Shown piece after piece: positions 57,196-64,000 of a stretch of DNA of 64,000 nucleotides. Position 1 is the first letter of the stretch, and each line of letters starts with the position of its first letter. The stretch is from an uncultured Pseudomonadales bacterium (GTDB lineage Bacteria > Patescibacteriota > Microgenomatia > UBA1400 > UBA1396), in the NCBI GenBank assembly GCA_964511175.1, contig CAZEEI010000004.1, forward strand, positions 27,401 to 91,400, in the 5' to 3' direction. The position numbers and the translations under genes were made by a program. The notes beneath the pieces are model-generated. The model searched no databases. It was given only the letters and a program-made list of their open reading frames with translations, and had not been told where the DNA came from.

Positions 57196-60100
57196 CTATT
57201 CAACATTACCAAATAATCTATCGGCCTCAGCTAAATTATTCACATTAACACTCGAATTTAAGAACGGATCAGCGGTTAGTTTGTTTCGGTCAAGGCCAGA
57301 CATAGTCGTCCGATACCAGTTAGATAGACTGCGAAACATAGTCGCATAATCGTCCGCATCACTAATATAACCTCTTTGCAACCGACCATCCGCACCGAAG
57401 AAAGGAACATTAATACCAGTAGTTAAGGATCCGCGACCTGCTCTCTTAACCCATTCCTGCCAGTGATCCGGTATCTTTACGTAGATCTCAACCATTCCGA
57501 GTATCCCACTGCAAACCTCAGATTCATCCAAATTACGCCAATTGCTGATCTCATTAAATTCACCTTCAAAAAACTGTTCTGCTTGGCGTTTAATTCCATC
57601 GTGACTCCAATCCAACGCCTGTTCCTCTCTAGGAGAGAGGACACTCTCTTGTAAATTGGGCGGTGAGTCGGGATTAGGTGGTTCGGGGCGTGGTGGTGCT
57701 TCTGGCGCGGCTGAATTTAATTTTGCTCTGAGTCCGGTCATCATAGAACTATTAAGATTGATCTTCTTGTCTTGCTCTAGAAGATTAAGTGCCACAACCA
57801 TTTCACGCCACATTTCAGGTTGTTCCCGACCAGCTTCAGCGATCATGTTTAAGTTAACAGCCAGACTGTCAGACAACTCTGTTGTTGTTAAGACATGATC
57901 ATTCGCAAGATTGAACATATCTAATGCCCCAGTAACAGACGGCACCGGCAAATAATTAAGGTTGTGTTCCGATGCTTCAAATAGGAGGGTATAAATCCCA
58001 AACAGAGTAGCCATAGCGTTACGAATCTCGACTCGTAGTGCCTCAGGATGATCCTTTTCATTAGCTTTGGCCGACTTGACGGCCGCTAATTCACTTTTCA
58101 GCATTGCTACCTGACGGGATAGCTCATCACGCACTCCTTCAACACTACTTCTTCCCAGAGATTCCTCTTCTGTTGAGGGAGTTGACTCCGGTGGTGTCGA
58201 TGACTCAACCGCCGGCGTAGGTGTTTCGGCAACTTGTTCGCTACGACCGCGACCCAGAACACCTCCTACTCTTCTACCAGCGCGTCCAACTATTTCTCCA
58301 AAATTTTTCCACAAACTTCCACCAGGAGTCTTAGCGGCTGATTTAGGTGTAGCATCTGAGTCAAATGGCAACACACTTTCCGGTAAAGCTTCGTCAGCTG
58401 CTGGTGTGGTGGGAGATCCGGCCTCAGGAGCACTAGGGGCACTAAGATCTGGCACCTCCACCGTCTTGCGTGCCTTTTGCTTTTCGACTAGCAAATAATC
58501 GCTAGCATCCAACAACAATTCTCGAACAACATTGCCCATGCTATCAACACCCCAAGAGTAGGGACCATTTTTACTAGTGGCCATATCCCTATGGGTTTGA
58601 GTAAGGCGAAGATTGCGATCTCTTATTACTGTCCATAATGCACCTAAAGTAGGTATCTTTTCTCCTTCCTGGAAGGTGGCTCGGAAATTATCATATCCAA
58701 CCCGAACTTGCTCGGGAGTCATGCCTAAGTGAGCAGCCAATTCGGCGGCATCATAGTTGGTGCCAAAATCCGCTTCTTCCAGGTTGTAGTCTTTAAATTT
58801 CCTTTCTCCGACCACCGGTGCTGATGTTGGCTCACTGGGAGGCTCACCCGATCCCGGCGCTGGCATATTCAGGGCCTCATCTAGCCCAGTCGGTCGGTGG
58901 GTTTCGGTGGGATCTTGGTGAGAAGTATCAACCCCACTGGGCAATAACCGCCCAAAACCACGTTCACGGAGGTACTGTTCTGCATCTTCTATAGTTATTG
59001 CACCCGCTTCAACGCCAGCCTGAATTAAGGCTTGGACATTACCACTAGCCTCGTCGTCTGGATTTTGCCATTTTCTGGCTGCCCGCAAAATTGCATCAAG
59101 CCAACCCTGACTAGGTGGGTAAGTAAACTCAACAACTTCGCCTCCAATCGGTGAATTTTCCGGCGTAGGTTGCTCGCCCTCTAGTCCGGAAACAATGGGA
59201 GCAGATGATGTTTCCACCTGCTGGTCTGGGGTTAAATCAAGACCACCGCCCGCGCCCAAACTTGCATCCACAACCGGCTGGAGTGGCAATATTTCCGCGG
59301 CTTGAAGAGGAGACGACGCTGGCGCGCCCTGATCCATGGGTTCCTCACGTTTAAACCTGCGCGCCACTGCACCAATCGCATCCCCAGCTTCGTTCACGAT
59401 ACTATTAATCAGTTCGTCGTATTCTCTGGTCTCGTCATCGATCGCTTGCTCAATAGCGTCCATATCCGCCCTGAGATCTTTTAATCTAGTTGCCAGCTCC
59501 GCTAAGGCATCCACACGTTTCTGTCGCTCTCTGTTTAACTGCTCGGCCTTCTTCATCCAGGCTGCAACGGCACCTTCTATTGAACTATCCCCAAAATCCG
59601 GCAGCCTATCAGCCGTTACACGCACCATTTGTAAAGCTTCTTGATAATTATCTGCCGCTTTGGTCGCACTCTCACCAGCTTTGTCCACTTGAGTCTGCAA
59701 CTTTAACGCGCTTTTCTCTTTTTCCTTAAAAGCGGCCATCATCTCCTGTAGATGAACGTCGATTGCGCTAATTCTCTCTGTTCTTGATCGGTCTGCCGCT
59801 ATTGAATTTCGCACCAACTTTTGTGCCTCGGCGATATTTTGACCAATATCGGATAATTGTTCAATGTTTAACTCAGTTATTTCTATTGCCGCTTCTAAGA
59901 AAACTATCCTCGTGTTCAACTCTTCTCTTTGCTTGTCACCAAGTTCCTGTTTTTCGATCTGAGCCTTAGCTCTATTGAGATTATTCTTATATTCCTCAAG
60001 TAATGCTCTATGTCTAGCCAATTCTTTTTGCCTTTCGGCATCAGAGCGAAGAGCAACGCCAGCTAATTCATTCTTACGAATGGCCGCGTTGGCATCGTAT

Positions 60101-60285
60101 TGTTTTTTCTTCATTTCTTGTTGCCAAGCTGATTGATACTTATCGCCTTTTTCTAAAGGAACAGCTTGTCCTTGTACAACTGAAACGTCCATTTGTTCAT
60201 AACCCGCTGCGCGCAACTGTTTTTCAGTGGTTATTTCTTCTGGTGACATAGTCTGATCCTCTTTTCCTTTTTCTATAGCCAACAA
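57196..60285 (-). CDS. Very large hypothetical protein (1029 aa): N-terminal coiled coils, central Pro/Ser/Glu-rich low-complexity segments, C-terminal globular domain
   Basis: Long uninterrupted ORF. No signal peptide and no catalytic motif recognised. Confidence 0.4.
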   Translation of the reverse strand: MLAIEKGKEDQTMSPEEITTEKQLRAAGYEQMDVSVVQGQAVPLEKGDKYQSAWQQEMKKKQYDANAAIRKNELAGVALRSDAERQKELARHRALLEEYKNNLNRAKAQIEKQELGDKQREELNTRIVFLEAAIEITELNIEQLSDIGQNIAEAQKLVRNSIAADRSRTERISAIDVHLQEMMAAFKEKEKSALKLQTQVDKAGESATKAADNYQEALQMVRVTADRLPDFGDSSIEGAVAAWMKKAEQLNRERQKRVDALAELATRLKDLRADMDAIEQAIDDETREYDELINSIVNEAGDAIGAVARRFKREEPMDQGAPASSPLQAAEILPLQPVVDASLGAGGGLDLTPDQQVETSSAPIVSGLEGEQPTPENSPIGGEVVEFTYPPSQGWLDAILRAARKWQNPDDEASGNVQALIQAGVEAGAITIEDAEQYLRERGFGRLLPSGVDTSHQDPTETHRPTGLDEALNMPAPGSGEPPSEPTSAPVVGERKFKDYNLEEADFGTNYDAAELAAHLGMTPEQVRVGYDNFRATFQEGEKIPTLGALWTVIRDRNLRLTQTHRDMATSKNGPYSWGVDSMGNVVRELLLDASDYLLVEKQKARKTVEVPDLSAPSAPEAGSPTTPAADEALPESVLPFDSDATPKSAAKTPGGSLWKNFGEIVGRAGRRVGGVLGRGRSEQVAETPTPAVESSTPPESTPSTEEESLGRSSVEGVRDELSRQVAMLKSELAAVKSAKANEKDHPEALRVEIRNAMATLFGIYTLLFEASEHNLNYLPVPSVTGALDMFNLANDHVLTTTELSDSLAVNLNMIAEAGREQPEMWREMVVALNLLEQDKKINLNSSMMTGLRAKLNSAAPEAPPRPEPPNPDSPPNLQESVLSPREEQALDWSHDGIKRQAEQFFEGEFNEISNWRNLDESEVCSGILGMVEIYVKIPDHWQEWVKRAGRGSLTTGINVPFFGADGRLQRGYISDADDYATMFRSLSNWYRTTMSGLDRNKLTADPFLNSSVNVNNLAEADRLFGNVE

Positions 60286-60344
60286 TTTATCGTAGCCTAC
60301 ATTTTAACATCAATGCAAGCCCCGTTCATGTTACAATTCTTCCC

Positions 60345-62183
60345 ATGATCACCGCCCAACAACTGCGCACTAAATTTCTTGATTTCTTCCGCGAAAAAGA
60401 CCACGCGATTATTCCTTCGGCCTCACTGATTCCCGACAACGATCCCACCACTTTATTCATCACTGCCGGCATGCATCCGCTGGTACCTTATTTGCTAGGC
60501 CAGCCTCATCCGGCAGGACGTCGCTTAGCAGATATCCAAAAATGTATGCGTACGGTTGATATTGAAGAAGTAGGGGATCGCACTCACTTCACTTTCTTTG
60601 AAATGTTAGGTAACTGGTCGCTGGGCGACTACTTTAAGCGCGAAACCATCAATTGGAGTTGGGAGTTCCTGACTGATCCCAAGTGGCTGGGATTAAATCC
60701 GGAGAAATTGTTTGTTTCCGTTTTCACCGGTGATACCGACGCCCCTCGCGATGAAGAGGCAGCGCAAATTTGGCAGGAAGTTTTGACTCGAGCCGGTGTG
60801 AGCCACGCTGATCAGCGTCTTTATTTTTACCCTAAATCCGAAAATTGGTGGGGACCGGCCGGCCAAACCGGACCCTGTGGCCCGGATACGGAAATTTTCT
60901 ACTATACCGGCGACGGTGATCCGTTTGCACCAGGGTTTGCCGACGAACCGGCCAAAAGCGGCGGCGAATTTGTCGAAATCTGGAACAACGTCTTCATGCA
61001 GTACAACAAAATGGCCAACGGCACCTTTGAACAGTTGGCACAGAAAAACGTGGATACTGGCCTCGGGTTGGAACGGATGGTGGCGATCCTTAACTGGCTA
61101 CAGGGCGATTTAGCTGAACCGGATCCTTACCTGACCGATCTTTTTAGGCCAATGATTAATCAGCTGGAAAGATCAACCGCTCGCCAATATTCGGACCCGG
61201 ATGCCAAACGGTCAATGAGAATTATTACCGATCACCTGCGGTCGGCTCTCTTTATCATCAGTGATGGTGTTGTTCCCGCCAATAAAGAACGCGGCTATGT
61301 TCTGCGTCGTTTAATTCGCCGAGCTGTACGAGAAATCTATAAACTCAATCCTCAGTTTGACGAAATCGACACTGTCATTGAGCATTGGATTCAGGAATTT
61401 GGCCACAATACTGCGTACGCGACCGAATACCCCGAACTTTCGGCGGGCAATCCTAATCTGGAGAAAGTTACTGCGATTCTGCTGAAGGAAGTGAATAAGT
61501 TTATTGTGGCGCTGCGCAAAGGATTGTTGGAAATTAATAAATTGCCTGTACTCGACGGCAAAGCGGCTTTTGATCTCTACCAGTCTTATGGTTTTCCCCT
61601 GGAAATGAGTATCGAAATTGCCAAGGAAAAAGGGCAGGCGATTGATGCTACCGCTTTTGCCGCGGAGTTTGCCAAACACCAGGATTTGTCCCGCACTCAA
61701 TCGAGTCAAACTTTTAAGGGCGGCTTAGCTGATCACTCCGAGCAGGCGACCCGCTATCACACTGCCACCCATTTACTGCACGCGGCTTTGCGCCGAACTT
61801 TGGGGGATGCGGTTCATCAGGAGGGTTCTAATATCACCGCCGAGCGTCTGCGGTTTGATTTTACTTTTGACCGAGCCTTAACCGACGACGAAATTGAGCA
61901 AGTCGAAACTTGGATTAATGAACAAATTCGTGCTGATCGACCGGTGACCAAACAGGTTTTGCCTAAGGAGGAGGCGCTGGCTTCTGGTGCCCTAGCTTTC
62001 TTTAAGGAAAAATATCCGGATATGGTGACGGTCTACACGATCGGCGATACGCCGGGCTGGGTGAGTCGCGAGCTGTGCGGCGGACCCCACGTGAGTCATA
62101 CCGGCGAAATTGGTCCTATTAAGATTTTTAAGCAAAAACCGGTTAGTGCCGAGGTCCGCCGTATCTATCTGCGCTTCTGCTGA
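60345..62183 (+). CDS. alaS: Alanyl-tRNA synthetase, short form (catalytic, tRNA-recognition and editing domains; no C-Ala domain)
   Basis: The N-terminus ...FLDFFREKDHAIIPSASLIPDNDPTTLFITAGM...WGPAGQTGPCGPDTEIFYY is a class II AlaRS core. The editing-domain motifs HTATHLLH and CGGPHV are present. At 612 aa it is about 250 aa shorter than canonical AlaRS. Confidence 0.85.
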   Translation: MITAQQLRTKFLDFFREKDHAIIPSASLIPDNDPTTLFITAGMHPLVPYLLGQPHPAGRRLADIQKCMRTVDIEEVGDRTHFTFFEMLGNWSLGDYFKRETINWSWEFLTDPKWLGLNPEKLFVSVFTGDTDAPRDEEAAQIWQEVLTRAGVSHADQRLYFYPKSENWWGPAGQTGPCGPDTEIFYYTGDGDPFAPGFADEPAKSGGEFVEIWNNVFMQYNKMANGTFEQLAQKNVDTGLGLERMVAILNWLQGDLAEPDPYLTDLFRPMINQLERSTARQYSDPDAKRSMRIITDHLRSALFIISDGVVPANKERGYVLRRLIRRAVREIYKLNPQFDEIDTVIEHWIQEFGHNTAYATEYPELSAGNPNLEKVTAILLKEVNKFIVALRKGLLEINKLPVLDGKAAFDLYQSYGFPLEMSIEIAKEKGQAIDATAFAAEFAKHQDLSRTQSSQTFKGGLADHSEQATRYHTATHLLHAALRRTLGDAVHQEGSNITAERLRFDFTFDRALTDDEIEQVETWINEQIRADRPVTKQVLPKEEALASGALAFFKEKYPDMVTVYTIGDTPGWVSRELCGGPHVSHTGEIGPIKIFKQKPVSAEVRRIYLRFC

Positions 62184-62263
62184 GGGTGTAACCCTCCAGA
62201 GGCAAAACAGTTGAGGGTGTCACCCTGAAATTTTCTACCTCTGGAGGGTTACACCCTCAGCAG
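62177..62263. repeat. Perfect 26-bp inverted repeat (ctgctgagggtgtaaccctccagagg / cctctggagggttacaccctcagcag) with a 35-nt spacer carrying a further GAGGGTG-T-CACCCTC hairpin. The alaS stop codon lies inside the left arm.
   Basis: Read directly from the sequence. Each arm also contains an internal GAGGGT...ACCCTC palindrome. Confidence 0.7.
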
Positions 62264-62327
62264 ACCCGGCTGGACTCTTGCTACTCAGGGTAAAACTTGC
62301 TTCAATAGAGACAGTAATATGACTGCC

Positions 62328-64000
62328 TTAAACCAGCACCTCGCTTTGGTTTTTCTTCCGGACGCGCTTTGCGTGGCGCTCTGGCAGTCGCTGGATGGCC
62401 GCACTAGCATTCTGGCTCAATCTGACTTCACCCCTCTGGAATCAACTACCTTACCAGCAATCAGTACAGCTCTGGACTCGGTCTTGGACCAGTTAGGCGA
62501 GGCAGGTTTAAGAGTTAAAGACTGTCTATTTTGCGTCCCCAACTCTTGGACGGAAGGCGGCGGCCTGCGCGGCGAGAAAAAAGCTATCCTGAAACAAATT
62601 TCCGACGACTTAATGTTAAAACCACTGGGCTTTGTCGTGAACAGCGACGCGCTGGCCGCCGCCAACACCCTGCGCACTGGTCATCCCTTTACCGGCCTAG
62701 TACTCTTTGTCTCCGATCTGGCGTTCAATGCCGAACTCTATACTAATGGCGAATTGGTCAAAAGCGAAGAAGTCGGCCGCAGTCAGATCGAAACCGACAT
62801 ATCTGAGCTACTGACCCGCCTACCAGCGACTCTGACCCATATTCTGATTGTCGAAAGTAGTAGTGCAGCGGAAACCAAATCCCTGGAAACTTTGCTTCAG
62901 CAGGATGGCCGCGCCATCGAAATCATTTCCCGTGCCTCGTTCGCTAGCACCACCATTACTACCGGCGGCGGCGAAACGCTCGTCAACCAATCCGGATCAA
63001 CACCCGCCGCTGCTTCCCAATCGGAAAAAAAGACTCAACCGGCAGAGGACGAGGACGGATCATTTAAGCCGCCCGCTTTCCTCATTAACCAAACTGCTCC
63101 TCCGGCCACGGCGGTAGTTGATGCCGAACCCGTGACCGCTGAACCGGAACAAAAACCGGCCGGCCGTCGCTTTGCCTGGCCTCATTGGTCTTGGCCGCAT
63201 TGGCAACTAGCTTGGCCCCGCTTAGCTGTCCGCCGATCTTGGTGGCTAGGTATTATTCCGGTGGCGGCGGCACTGCTGGGCGCCTTCTGGTGGTTAAAAC
63301 AATCCTACCGCGCCGTTGTCGCCGTAGAAATTAACAGCCAATTAATCGAAACGGAACAAACCTTTCTCTTAGCGGCCGCCGACGCTGACCTTAGTAGCGC
63401 CACTACTAGTGCTTTGCGCGCCCAGCCGGTTACCGAAAGCGTCAGCGTTGATAAGGAAGTACCCACCACCGGCTCCAAAATAATTGGTGACCCGGCCAAG
63501 GGCAAAGTTACTATTTTCAACCGCACCACCCAAGCCAAGAATTTTCCAGCTGGAACCAGGTTAGTTAATAACAAGTTGGTATTTACCCTGGATAGCGAAA
63601 CCACCGTTGCCTCCAGTTCAGCCGCTAATGATTATGCTCCCGGTTCGGTTGAGGCCAATATCACTGCCACCGCCATCGGTCCGGCCGGCAATCTGAATAA
63701 AGACACCGAGTTCGCTGTAGCCAACTTTGACGTCACTTCCTACGTAGCCAAAAATAAGGAACCGCTCGGTGGCGGCAATAGTCGGGAGATTCAGGCTGTT
63801 TCCGCCAAAGATATCGAACAAGCCAAAAATGATCTCCAACAGGCGGCAACCGAACAACTGCGCGAGCGCTTTAGTGGTAGCAGCAGCGATGCCGAACCCG
63901 TTTTCTTCACTGGCGTGACTAATATTATGACCGAAAATGCAACCGCTAAAATCGGCGAAGAAAAGAAATTTGTGGGAGTTAGCCTTACCGTTGAGGGAAC
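62328..64000 (+). CDS. Hypothetical protein, 3'-truncated by the window end (cytoplasmic N-domain, one TM helix, large extracytoplasmic Thr/Ala-rich domain)
   Basis: Open frame from ATG 62328 to the window end. It is absent from the ORF track because no stop is reached. TM helix WWLGIIPVAAALLGAFWWL at about aa 300. The N-terminal MTALNQHLALVFLPDALCVALWQ... could be an actin-like (PilM/FtsA-like) fold, but that is speculative. Confidence 0.4.

Overview
This 64 kb window reads as a compact, densely coded bacterial chromosome segment with moderate GC, standard genetic code (TGA is a stop, e.g. at the ends of ftsQ and the rplU-rpmA methyltransferase) and Shine-Dalgarno-like sites (GGAGG). Its gene content (GT-C glycosyltransferases, LCP, FemX-like proteins, a short AlaRS, a type-2 IleRS) looks Gram-positive-like and possibly Patescibacteria/CPR-like, but that placement is inference. 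The first ~22 kb is a conserved backbone. It runs from a 5'-truncated large serine recombinase and tRNA-Glu, through a complete F1Fo ATP synthase operon (atpBEF, a short atpH, atpAGDC), straight into murG-ftsQ-ftsA-ftsZ. It continues with a small ORF, ileS (type 2), ftsW/rodA, a convergent Nudix gene, rplU, an RNA methyltransferase, rpmA, a pseudouridine synthase, parB and a GT-C membrane protein, and ends at tRNA-His. Immediately after tRNA-His comes an AT-rich accessory island of about 5.4 kb (~21980-27350). It holds a 2-TM protein plus an ORF interrupted by an in-frame TGA, then a cassette of two ~300-aa proteins that each carry an R-x4-H (HEPN-like) motif and flank a frameshifted HNH endonuclease. 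It also holds a HigB/HigA-like toxin-antitoxin pair, a CheD-fold deamidase-like orphan and a DUF1653 protein. I consider this the best candidate for an undescribed defence or abortive-infection system in the window. Downstream are cell-wall genes (L,D-transpeptidase, VanW-like, LCP), a stand-alone LysW-like amino-group carrier protein, typA/bipA, a P-type ATPase, and eleven tRNA genes, several of which bracket accessory genes. These include a heptad-repeat coiled-coil protein encoded on 21-bp DNA tandem repeats, a CofE-like gamma-glutamyl ligase, and tandem FemABX-like GNAT paralogs with a NudC-like Nudix. There is also a conserved but uncharacterised 7TM-membrane / ATP-grasp (alpha-L-glutamate-ligase-like) / QEGLA (DUF1704) trio. 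The remainder contains a secreted glycoside-hydrolase-like protein, a DsbA-like oxidoreductase, several large hypothetical proteins (655 aa; 1029 aa acidic, coiled-coil and Pro-rich) and alaS without a C-Ala domain. The alaS stop codon lies inside a perfect 26-bp inverted repeat. A long ORF then runs off the 3' edge. RNA coordinates were read by eye and may be off by 1-2 nt. All homology statements rest on motif recognition in the translations, not on searches.
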